Assembly (NCBI GenBank): GCA_035084275.1
Contig: CM068742.1
Location: 2,728,001 to 2,792,000, forward strand
Direction: 5' to 3'
Origin: Hydrolagus colliei
Taxonomy: Eukaryota
DNA length: 64,000 bases
A program made the translations under genes and the position numbers. This document shows positions 52,421-64,000 of the stretch, piece after piece. Position 1 is the stretch's first letter. Each line of letters opens with the position of its first letter. The notes beneath the pieces are model-generated. The model saw nothing but the letters and a program-made list of their open reading frames with translations. It did no database searches and was not told the origin of the DNA.

Positions 52421-52675
52421 ACCTTGTCCATGGATTCCGCAAGTGATACAGTGTTAGAGGGTGATTTGACCTTGGAGAGAATCACAGCTGAGCTCTATTT
52501 TGTTCTCACCAAACATTCATATGCTCACATCCATAAGAATTCCTGGATGAGTTTTACCATCCTTAACCCAGAGCATTAAAGCTAGTTACAGTGGACCCAA
52601 GTCTGCCTAACTCAACACAATCCAGCAATTGAACCCTGATGAAATGTTTCTTACCTACACAATTACATGCTAACT

Positions 52676-53300
52676 ATAAGAACATAAGAACATAAGAATT
52701 AGGAGCAGGAGTAGGCCATTCTGTCCTTCGAGCCTGCTCCGCCATTCAACAAGATCATGGCTGATCTTCTCACCTAACTCTGATTACCTGCCCTATCCCC
52801 ATATCCCCTGATCCCTCTATTTTAAAAAAATGTATCAGTCTCAGCCTTGAAAATGTTCAAGGACTGAGCATCTACAGCCTTCTGGGATAGTGAATTCCAT
52901 AAATTCACTGCCCTCTGAGTGAAGAAATGTTTCCTCAATTCTGTTCTAAAAGGCTGACCCTTAATTTTAAGACTGTGACCCCTGGTTATAGACTCTCCTA
53001 CCAGGGGAAACAGTCCCTCAGTGCCTACTTTATCCAGCCCTTTAAGAATCTTATATGTTTCAATAAGATCCCCCCTAATTCTTCTGTACTCCAGAGAATA
53101 CAGCCCTAGTTTATTCAACCTATTCTCATAGGTCAGTCTCCTCATCCCAGGAACTAACCTAGTGAATCTACGCTGCACCCCCTCTAAGGCAAGTATGTCC
53201 TTTCTTAAATAAGGAGACCAAAACTGCACACAATACTCTAGGTGCGGTCTCACCAGAGCCCTATACGGTTGCAGCAAGACTTTCCTACTCTTATACTCTA
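52676..53300 (-). mobile_element. CR1 family 1 3' portion
   Basis: ORF 52822-53277 LVRPHLEYCVQFWSP..FFTQRAVNLWN; (CATAAGAA)n tail. Confidence 0.95.
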
Positions 53301-53559
53301 ACTATGACAGTAGCTGTGGACAAAAAGGTTCACCACTCAAATTTCAGAATCGTGCCTCTTTAAACACAAACATATTGAAATCCCATTTTTCACTAATACT
53401 TTTCAAGTCAAATGTTTTATTGGTAGTACTCCATTTCGCTATTACATCCATACTTATTGTCTACCTGCAAAATATGGCACTTCCCAGTTCATGTGAAGCA
53501 TTCCAACATCCTCCCAACATGAAAGATGTTATACCAAATATATTAAATATTATTATAGT

Positions 53560-53795
53560 TAATAATAATGCTTGAGTTCGACATAGCGCTTTTCACGTCT
53601 TCTAGACATCTCATAGCACTTCACAGAATATACTGTAAACTGAATTGCCTGCATATATGTAGGCGAAACACGGCAGCCAGTTGCGCACAGCAGTGTCCCA
53701 CAGACAGTCTTGAACTAAAATGCTAAAAACATTTTTTAGGGGTTATTATGAGGCTTGTGGTTGAAACTTGCCCAAGGTTTCATTCTGATCTGCTT
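53560..53795 (-). mobile_element. young SINE, head truncated
   Basis: GGCAGCCAGTTGCGCACAGC; AAACTTGCCCAAGGTTT. Confidence 0.85.
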
Positions 53796-56134
53796 GGCCA
53801 TGACCTTACCAGAGGAGAAGCCTTTTATTCCCTTATTAAAGGGAATACTGTAAAAAAAAACATAAATTCAACCTCATATTCTGCTTGGGAAAGTACTGCA
53901 TAGCTGTTGCAAAAGCATGACATTTTCAGGGATCTATACACATCCTTCAGTATCATAGCAGAGGTCAATAAGTAGTATTAAGGATATTATGAAGCCCTGC
54001 ATTTAAGTGATTCCCTGGAGGGTTTTTTTTCCGTTAAATAATTTATTTTAGCCCTATTCAATTATCTTATCTCCTAACTGCTACTCTCGTCCAGGAAATG
54101 TGCCATTTATGAATGCTGGCACAGCACTAGGATTATCACAGTCATTCAAATAATCATATCTTGCATCACATCAATCTAACATTTCATTAAGACGCTTTCA
54201 GCATGCTACTTTTTTTAAAAAAAATTGAACTTCCACTAAGATTCAAGTCCAATTGTGACTAAACCTCCTGTGGGGATAGCTGGATATCTCCACACAAGAG
54301 CTGAGGCAGTCAAAAATATTACTGTTCATGGCTGAAATTCTCTTTCATTTCAAACAAGCTTAGCCTTTCAAACAGGTAAAGTCTCAGTTTCTGCTCTGCA
54401 CTAAATTAGCAGATCACAGTCAGAAACAAATTGATTACAGACATCTTTACGGACTCCAACACTGGATACCAACCTTTGGTATTGAGGTTCCCTCAATACC
54501 AAACTAGACTGTCAGACTAGACTTGAGTTCAATGTCCCAATTTGGGGGTTAAATCGACAATTTTCTGATTCAAGGTGAACACAAGATTGGATGTGGACAT
54601 GATTTGTAGTGATCTTCCTTATAGTCAAAAATCCTGCGGGTTCTAATCACCAAGCTCATAGAGCAATAATCACCATTTGAGTAAGTTTCTGGAAACAACT
54701 AGATCCTGGAACAATACCGCAGCCTGAGTGAGCACCTTGAAAAAGGAAGGGTGGAAACAGAGGACAAATAGGTAACGTTAATCAGTTAACCCATCACTTT
54801 TATGGGAAATTTGAACATCAAATTGCTTGCTAAAGAGAAATTAAAGCTATATTTCTTGGCTTCCTACTAAAGAGTCTTATTAAGCTATCCAAAGCATCTA
54901 CTGGTTACAGTGTTTTACTTTTTTGCTTTGCTATCCATGCCTTGACCAAGTTGGCTAGAATCAGCTGTGATGCAACAATCCCAATTTTATGAAACACTTA
55001 GCCTTCTTCTGTTTTGAATTTCACCAGGTAAAGCTGGAGGATTACCAGACACCAATCGTGAAACAGGAAGGTAAGGTCGGATCACGCAATCTCTTCGGAA
55101 TAATACTGCTGCGATTTCAATCTTGGTGACTTCTGCCTCAACGTGTCCTCAGAAGACTTTGTTCCCGTTATTATTTTCATGTGAGCAATCTCAGATAAGC
55201 GATACGAGATGTATGGATAATTTACAAAACAATCTCAGCCCGGTCTCTATGACTGTCATGTTGAAATATCCTCGAAACTTTATTGCAAACATGAATTGAT
55301 CTTATGGGTACTTAGTTTTCCTACTGTCTATACAGCAGAAATTAATTCCCATCCCTTAGGGCTATTTTTCAGAAAATATCTTTGCACTCCAGTTTTTATC
55401 ACCAGCATTTCAAACTACACAGCTAAGGAACACAATAATGCAGTTTGATTCTAAAGGTGAATTCGAGAATATTGATCACAGTAGTTATTATTTTCACAGC
55501 GAATGTAATAATGTTCTTCAAGGGTTAAGATGGCAGCATAAAGGAGGATTGACCTGAAATTTGAACAACTTTTAAAATTATTTCATTTTAGTATTTGCAG
55601 AATGGTAAAATCTCATTCTAAGGATGGCACCTCTGACAACGCAGTGCCTCCGACAATACAGCACATCCCCTATACAGCAATGTAGTGTCGATTTAGACTA
55701 TAAGAGTTAAAAGCCCTGATGTGGATCTTGAATCCGCAATATTCTGACTCAGCGGTGAGGTGTCACCTTTTAAAATGATTTCATTTTAATATTTGCAGAA
55801 TGACTGATACGCTAAATTCCTAAACATATAATTATGAATGCATTTTATGCAGCACCTATAACATCTCAAAGCACTTTGCAGCTAATCGGTGTTGATTGCA
55901 TTTTTTCTCGAGGGATTAAATCTGACTTAAATGTAAATGCAAGTCATTCAAATAATGGCTTAAAGTCCACTCAGACAATTCTTGTAAGATTGACATTTTC
56001 AACAGTCAGAATGTTGCATTCGATTTCAAAAGACTGCTGTAATCTTCAACACTGTTTGTCTCTAGAATCAGGATTTACGCCAATAGCCTACCAACACATC
56101 AGTGCATTCAGAAGATTCATAAATTGGTGAGATG

Positions 56135-57172
56135 TTAGCGACGTCATCCTCAAACATGGGGTAAATTTCCACATGTATGCGGATGACACCCAGCTGTACC
56201 TTTCTGCCTCATCCCTCAACCCCCAGACGATCGATGTTCTGACAGCATGTCTGTCCGACATCGAATCGTGGACGAGGGACAACTTTTTGCAATTGAGCGT
56301 GAGTAAGACCGAGGCCCTCCTGATTGGCTCAAGCCAGCGCCTCCGCACATCGGGCGCTGCCAGCCTCAACATCCAAGGCTGCACTCTCCACCTCACAAAG
56401 CCAGTCAGGAACCTCGGCATCACGTTCGATCAAAAACTTTCCTTCCTCCCCCACATCCGCGCCTTGACTGGCACCGCCTATTTCCATCTGCGCAACATTG
56501 CCAGGCTCCGCAACTATCTTACCCCCCGCGCTGCCGAAACACTCGTGCACGCGTACATCACCTCACGGCTGGACTACGGAAACTCTCTCCTAGTCGGCCT
56601 CCCCAGCTCCTCCATTCATAGGCTGCAGGCCATCCAAAACTCTGCAGCCCGTGTACTATCCTGCACCCGCCTCCGCGACCACATAACCCCCACCCTCGCC
56701 CGTCTCCACTGGCTCCCCATCCTCCAGAGGATCGAGTTTAAGATCCTCGTCCTCACCTACAAGGCCTTACACGGCCTTGCCCCATCCTACCTAGCCAATC
56801 TACTCTCCCCCTACACGCCCACCCGGACCCTCCGTTCAGCAGGACTTGGCCTGCTCCAAGCCCCCCGCCCGAACCGCCCCACCATCGGAGGCCGGGCCTT
56901 CAGTTTCTCCGCTCCCACCTTATGGAATGCCATCCCTCAATCCCTCCGTTTCGCCTCTTCCCTTTCCTCTTTCAAGGCCGATTTGAAGACTTTCCTCTTC
57001 GATCGTGCCTTTTGTTCCACCCCGAACTCTTTTACCTCCTCTTCGTGTTTCACCCCTTCCCAAACACTCCCCTCCCAGCTCGGGTCACACGCCTCTTGTT
57101 TAGCGCCTTGGGACGTCCTCCCGACGTGAAAGGCGCTATATAAATGTAAATTGTTGTTGTTGTTGTTGTTGT
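56135..57172 (+). mobile_element. young L2 family A, 5'-truncated (~1.04 kb)
   Basis: uninterrupted ORF2 from YADD, CpG-rich, intact 3' stem-loop and (TTG)7 tail. Confidence 0.97.
56173..57129 (+). pseudogene. L2 ORF2 RT C-terminal half (318 open codons)
   Basis: [49 protein letters not shown]. Confidence 0.92.
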
Positions 57173-57433
57173 AAGGTACTATCTGAATATTAAGCATCTC
57201 AAGTCACAGTGAGCAGTGGTCTACTATTGATCTATGTCAGTCTGAAATATGAGCTAAAAGTCCCCACGTGTGGCTTGATCCCACAACCTTCTGCCCCAGA
57301 GGCGAGTGTTTTACCATTAGTGTCTGGCTGACACTATGATACTACCTAACCTGACTTTAGATACCAAAAGACGAAGCTAACTTGTAAACATGGATTTGAA
57401 TTTGAATTGCAGAAGTGAAAGGAAATTGTTATA

Positions 57434-58107
57434 CAGTAAAACCTTGGTATATCATCACTCCAATGGAAATTAACTCAGGGACTCTATATCCAGGGGTGAC
57501 TATTTAAGCACAAGTCTTCCAGGGCCTCTGGGGGGTGCTGTAGCCGGGAGGACCTACACCAACACACACTGCAGTTTTTATGCTATACCTGGTTGTCAAG
57601 TACAGTGTACCAGCTAAATACGCATGCAATGAATATTTAACAGTTGCCATTTTACACTATGTTTGTCACATGGATGTGCATTCAGGGCAGTGTCTACCTT
57701 ATGAAAACAAAAACTTCAAATTGTAGATGATTATTTAATTGTTTATATTTTTATAATGCACATTTTACACACTGCAAACGATTTTTAGTAGAAACTACCC
57801 AAATTATTTATCTGCGATTTGATTTGCCTACCTTACAAGCAACAGAAAGGCAGCGAGACGCCGTGCCTTTTTTACCCATTGAGACAACGTCCTAAAGCCT
57901 CACGCCCAAAAGTTGTAAGGCTGAGGGAAGTGCCGACCCTGTCGTTTTACCCACTGCATGTCACTGGTTTGTAACTGATTTATATTTTCAGTCATTTCCT
58001 TCAGATCAGAGGTCCTGTACTACAAAGTGATTTTGTCCCACTTTTCCAGAAACGCAAGAACGATAGTTGTGTCTGTAGACAACTCGTTGCCAAGTAGGTT
58101 TTAACCG
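57434..58107. mobile_element. possible older Tigger-like MITE
   Basis: TA-CAGTAAAACCT left end; decayed AGGTTTTAACCG right end. Confidence 0.5.
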
Positions 58108-58839
58108 TCTGAAGGCCACCCCAACTTATGCTGACTTACAATTCTCCATTTTCTTCACTTCCATCAGCACGTTTTCCCACTCTATGCCACTCATTGTGCG
58201 AGATGCAACTTTATACGTTATAAGCACAGTAATGAAATGAAGGGGGCATCCTTATTAACATTTCAAATATTGACAGCAATGCGATTATCAAATAAGCAAT
58301 GACATAAGGCAGGGTTTCATTATCAGGAGTATTATCACTGTAACCCACTTCACTCACTCAGGCTAATGAATTCTATAACGTTGTGTTGTGCCCAGATTGC
58401 ACTGGGTCCTTGTACCAAATTCGCTGAGAAAAACAAAACACCAGAGGAATTAAGGGTGAGCAACAAGAGCTGATAGTGAACTAGCCGGGAACCCAACTCC
58501 CGACAGTAAGCGAGTAAGTCCAAACAAAAAAGATCAATTTCCATCAGTGTAATATAAATAAACCTATTTGGGCTCGGCTTCAAAAATGGTCACCGTTTAA
58601 TAGCATTAATAAACTAACCTCTGAGCTTGAGCAGAATTTTCATCAGATCCCAACCCTCAGGGAGTACAGATGAGGCTTCCCCGCTCACTTTACAGTCAGA
58701 AGCAATATAAACAGGGCATTCGTTCAGTAACATCTCAAGAAGGCCGGGTTAAAAGGTATTTACAGGAACACTATACATTACCATATCATGCCTCAATATG
58801 AGATTGAACAGCTACTCATGTCTGCCTCTCCTACCAAGC

Positions 58840-58857
58840 GCTCAGTAGGTGGCAGTG
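58840..58857 (+). promoter_or_regulatory. possible CTCF site
   Basis: TCAGTAGGTGGCAG versus core CCASYAGRKGGCRS (1 mismatch); motif match only. Confidence 0.35.
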
Positions 58858-59904
58858 GCATTCTCATTTTACTTCGAACAAACCCATTGGAAGTCAGGTT
58901 ACCCATTACACCTGTAAACAGCAGATCCAAACAACACTGCAACACACCATACTTTGATATTTGCTCCATTTGCCCATACGTATATATATATATATACTGT
59001 ATAATATATATATTTTACGTTTTAAATCAAAAGATGGAGTGGTGTCTAGTTTGTGGTATTTCTTAATTTGATTCTACCATTGTTCCCATCAAAAGTTCTC
59101 TCCGGAAATGGTAATGGAGTGGAGTTCCCATGGGTGGGTGTAATGTACTTCTGGTTATTGGAAGAAGTCCCCATTTTATGACTCAAGTTCCTTATTAAGC
59201 GATCCCATTAAGACGAGACTCCCCGAATCAATGATTCTCGACTGATACAATGCATGATTTATGGTCATTTCGTTCAGTGAAAGTTCTCCCTTTACCTTTT
59301 GTTGGATTCAGACAAAATACAATCTCATCACAGTGCGTTCCATTCCTTGAACATACCTTCGCTGTGAATGTGTTGAGAAGTGAAGACTTCACCTCGTGTT
59401 TTTTCGGCTGAAATTAATGTTGATTCAATCTTGCATTTTGATCATTTGTTCAGACTTCTGCAAGTCTGGAGAATCTGGATAGTAATAACAGAGTGTAGAG
59501 CATTAATAAAAAGCAGTGGTTGCATTTTCAATCTGGATGACAACATTTTCAGTGAAGTAAATGTGAAATTAAGTCTTGGAGGTATCCTGGAGGCAAGATG
59601 CTCACTTCAGGCAGATCAATCATTCAGATCTATTGTGATGATCTACTCTAATTTAGCCCCATTGCCGGTCAGTTGTAATCACATTTTCCTATTTTTATTT
59701 AAATACCAGTTATTTTATTTTTCTTTCTTATCCATGCCTTCATTGCTTCCAGATTGGACATCTCCAATGCTTCCCTCCTCACCTCAAACATCCACAAACA
59801 CTTCATTATCAAAAATTCAGTAACCCACATCCTTATCCGCATTGAACTTCACATATCCATCATCCTTTCCCCACCTGACCTCGCCACCTCTGTATTTGCT
59901 TTGA

Positions 59905-60030
59905 AAAGCCTCTTGAAAACCTCTGTTCAACCATGTCTACAGTTACCTCTCTACTCCCTCACCATCCAAAGCCTCTTGAAAATCTCTATTCAACCATGTC
60001 TACGGTTACCTCTCTACTCCCTCACCATCC
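59905..60030 (+). repeat. 63-bp tandem duplication within an old L2 3' relic
   Basis: two units starting at 59905 and 59968, 3 mismatches. Confidence 0.92.
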
Positions 60031-61289
60031 CAAGTCATTATCTAGCAGTCTACTTGTAAAGTACTTTGAGAGATTTCCCTAAATGAAAGATGCCACATTA
60101 ATGCGTTCTTATTAATTTTCTCTTATTGTGTAACGGTTTTTTAATTTTGCTAAAATTACTGCTTTAGGCAAATATTCTTCATGCACATGTGTTTTTTTTC
60201 ATGACAATTACTTTAATTTAGCAATACCTTTGATATTTATCAGCATCACATTTGAATATGTATCAGATCAAACGTACGCGGACATGCTGGAGGCAGATTC
60301 CCATCTCATTGTGATTGTTATATATGAAAATGGGCATATTTATCTGATCCTCAGTAGTCTACTAGAAAGAGAGAAGGTAGGCTAGCTCGGTGACCCTGAC
60401 CCTGTGTTTGTGAATTGTCAATTTAATCAACAGTTTGTATGTAAATCAAAATATCATTGGTTCAAACCGTTTCCATCAGGGAAAAAAATTATAACCGCAG
60501 ACTGTGTGCAGCATCAATTCACGTGAATGTATTTTTTAAATGAATGCTCCTCTCGAGCAAGTCCATGACTAACAACATAATTGCACATCAATATGTTTGT
60601 AACTATGATGTGATTCACGGAATTACAAAGAACTGCTTTACCTATTTCCATCGGTGATAGACTGCTTTGAAATATTTTCATCAGATTATTATTTTTTCTG
60701 ATGCACGGCTTTAATTTCAAGTGAGCAAACAAAACAGATTTGAAAACAAACAAACACCTCCATCATTACCATAAACGATGAAATTGAAACCATCGACAGA
60801 TGGAGATCAAAAGCTGGCAGGAGACCAGAAATATGGATAAATGTTCTGCAGGCATTCCAATGCCTTTAACCTTAATGAGGTTTGTGAGGGTGAGTGGATA
60901 CAAATGAACTATAGGTAGTTTGCTGTATTGGCCAGTCTTATTTCTCACTGAACTGCAGTAAACAGGAATTGAGGTCCTGCTTTCTCCTGCTTTTCCTCTT
61001 CTCCTCTCCACCTCAAACCACTCCCCCCCTCACCTACCCGCTTCCCAACACAAAGAGACACATGGCAATTTTTATTTGACTGGAATAGAGAATCTAATCT
61101 TGAAGGGGTGCATTCTTCTCAACTCATCCCAGAAAGGTTAGACACAGGTTGTCAATAATCAAGGCTTGGGAACTCTAAATTGTGCATTGTGTTGCTGCTG
61201 GAGCTTAACCAGTTAAAAGGGCTGGTAACTTTCCAATGCTTCACTAGCTATGATCACCCCACCCATTTGTGGTTTAGTTTGTAGGGTTA

Positions 61290-62030
61290 ACAACGACAAA
61301 ATTACATTTATATAGTGCCCTTTCACATTCAGAGGATATCCCAAGTTGCTGGACAATGTATCAGACCCGAGCTAGAGGTCAGGATTGGGGAGGGCGGGGA
61401 GGGGGAAGGAGGGTGACCAAAAGCACGCTCGACCTTGAGACAGGTCTTGAAGGAAGCAAGGGAGGGGTTAAAGTAGAGGGACTGCAGAGGAACATAACTG
61501 GATATGTAGTCAAAAAGGAAGGTCTTAAACAGGATTTCTAGATGGAGAGGATGTGAGGAAGACAGAGGCACTCAGAGATGCAGTTCTCGTGGGAATGAGG
61601 AATTCCTGGAGTCAACCGATGGTTGGGCTAAAATGGCAGAGGTCACAAAACTGAATATGAACAGAGCGGAGGGAACAGCCTTGGTGGTGTGGTCACAGGA
61701 TGTCACAGAAGCCATGGTGTGTATTTGCAGTTGTGAATGATAACCATGAATTTGATTAGCTGGGGAAAGGAAAGCCAATAGAACCGAATAGTGGGTGATA
61801 GGCTCGATCTACAGAATTCCTGGTTGGTATGTTGGCTTGTGCATGGGGAGCTGGGGAATTCAGTTACGAGTGACATTCAAATTAAGGAACCTGGACAAAA
61901 TGAAGGCTTAATCGTGAGGATATTGGCAGCCAGTGTAGAGGAAATGGTGGAGATGGGTGATGTTGCGGAGGTGAGGGTATTCGAAATGGATGAGAGTTCA
62001 GATGTAGAGTTAGACAGGCAGTTATGAAAT
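61290..62030 (-). mobile_element. degraded L2 3' portion(s)
   Basis: AACAACGACAAAATTACATTTATATAG tail; SLASFKTCLK remnant. Confidence 0.75.
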
Positions 62031-63382
62031 AGTAATTCATTTAATAACTTGATACCCTTGACATAGATTTACGGACAACAAAAATGTTCTACATTTGCTG
62101 AACTGTAATGCAGAGGTTGATATGATTGAATTAATTACGTGTTTCAGAGTTCAGTAGAGAAGGTTGTTTATGTATTTTATGTTGCAGAATTTAATCCAAT
62201 TCTGGATACAATCTCGTTCAATTCAATGGAATTTTGAACATTTTTTATAGTTTTTCCCAGTTATATTGGACACCTAAAACAGTTTTCACAGTTATTTTGA
62301 TGTTTGCCAGTGTAAGGGAAAGAGTCTGCAGCTTTAAAAGGGTACAGCTTTGAAACATATTAATAATAATCCTTACATTTGACATTGTGTTTTATCACAT
62401 TGTGCAGATGTCTCAAAGTGCTTCATAGGATTTTACTGTAAAGTTCCATAACTGTGTATTTAGAGGTGAAAAGCAATGTTATCCTTCAGTGATATGCAAC
62501 AGATAGTTCAACAATTACATTTTTGTCAAATGTTTAGTGAAATAACTCAAAATTAAACACATTTGTTGAATCTTCAATAAAGTTTCCAAATACTAAAACA
62601 AAATACTTGACCAACAAGACTTGACCGTTTAGCAACGCAATGTAAATAACCTGCGTGACCTCTATGTGAGTTCTAGAATATTAGCGCTGGGTGACATTAC
62701 TACTATACTGGAGATATGTTCCAGACATGGTGGACTGTTAACTTCAATCATCAGAATAGCTTCATTAGTCAAGGGTTACTGAGATGTCGCAAGGAGCTTA
62801 GTTTCTGCTCATATAACTTGCCAGTGAGCTAGCCATAGCTTTTGATCACTCACGGTTCTGCTTGCAATAGGATGATATGGTGCAATTGATTTTCTACAGG
62901 GCACAATTCTGTACATGAGGGCTGTGGTCATACAATTGTACGATTCACACATATTTTGTAAAACACATTAAATGATGCTTTTAAACATTATATATTGGGC
63001 CAAAGTGTCCAATGGTGATTAATTTGGTGATTTTTTTTTTTCCTTGATAAATGAAGCATTCAACTGTTAATTGAGAAATAATGGGTCTCCAAGTGATTTA
63101 TTCTCACAAATTAAAGGTCAGATTTGAAAAGTTGCGATTCAAGATACAGCTGACTTCCTCAACAAATCTCTTTGAAGCTATCGACTTAGTATCCATTATG
63201 ATTTTTTTTCTCCCATTGTGATTTCTTTATCATTGCTTTTCTTCATTTCATACGGAAAAAAAAAAAAATCACATGAAAAATAACCTCGTGCCAACTGATG
63301 CTAGCTAGGCTGAACTCTGTTTTAAACTGTGCTTTATAGTATAGGATAATAGGCAGGGTTTCTTCACATGCGGCTCGCGGCT

Positions 63383-63444
63383 CTTCTTGGGATGTCTTCC
63401 TGACATGAAAGGCGCTCTATAAATGTAATTTTGTTGTTGTTGTT
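63383..63444 (+). mobile_element. L2 tail-only insertion
   Basis: CTTGGGATGTCTTCCTGACATGAAAGGCGCTCTATAAATGTAATTTTGTTGTTG. Confidence 0.85.
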
Positions 63445-64000
63445 AACTCTAAATCCCAATGCAGGTGGAATAGTGCAAGCTGATCAAGCCACAGGAAGCC
63501 TGCCAGATAGTGTCCTCAATGTCAAGTTATGCACTTTTTTTGTAAACCTGGTTAAAGTCTAGCAGTACCCCCAATGCACTCTCGGGTGTCCACAGGCCTT
63601 GGCTTTGGCAAACCTTATCCTAGTTGTCTCCCAAATTAGAAAAAACAAGATGGACTCCTGCAGGGAATGCACATTTCATTTCAGACACAGGGAAAGTGCC
63701 ATGTATAGGTGGCATACATATGTGGAACTCTTGACTTATTTGGTACTCCTTGGTATGGAGATGTGTTTCCTCATATGTCATATACCCAGCTGAGCAAAAA
63801 CAACTAAAGTACTGGAACATTTTGTCATCTTCCAACAATAGGCATGAAAACATATTTGGTCTTAGACTTTATGTCTATTTTGTCTTAAGATTTAAGATTC
63901 GACAGAATTGTTGGAAATTCTTCAATTCATTCTTTTAATTTGGAAGCTTTTTTTTTTGCAGTTCTTAAAAAGAACCAGCTTTCAAATTAATAGATTGAAT

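Noticed and set aside
59380-59823. 147-aa ORF
   Set aside because: No recognisable domain, GTG start, and it runs into an L2 relic

Overview
AT-rich, repeat-dense, non-coding vertebrate DNA (intron or gene desert). I recognise no host protein-coding gene; every informative ORF is a LINE ORF2 fragment or its antisense shadow. The repeats are: at least two CR1 families with 8-nt tail units, at least three L2 families with (TTG)n tails and a 3' stem-loop, a young tRNA-headed Deu-domain SINE plus older DeuSINE relics, Tigger/pogo-like MITEs, and a Penelope-type hammerhead palindrome. This mix points to a cartilaginous fish, plausibly a chimaera (inference, not searched). The most notable signals are: (i) several locally templated inverted insertions, some flanked by direct duplications, consistent with polymerase-theta or template-switch repair; (ii) a fold-back element with two decayed minimal hammerhead ribozymes in inverted orientation; (iii) an unclassified ~70-nt motif present twice, 28.5 kb apart, whose conserved blocks can pair; (iv) covarying L2/SINE 3' stem-loops, with the L2 ORF2 stop codon inside the stem-loop. 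Boundaries of old repeats are approximate and were read by eye.
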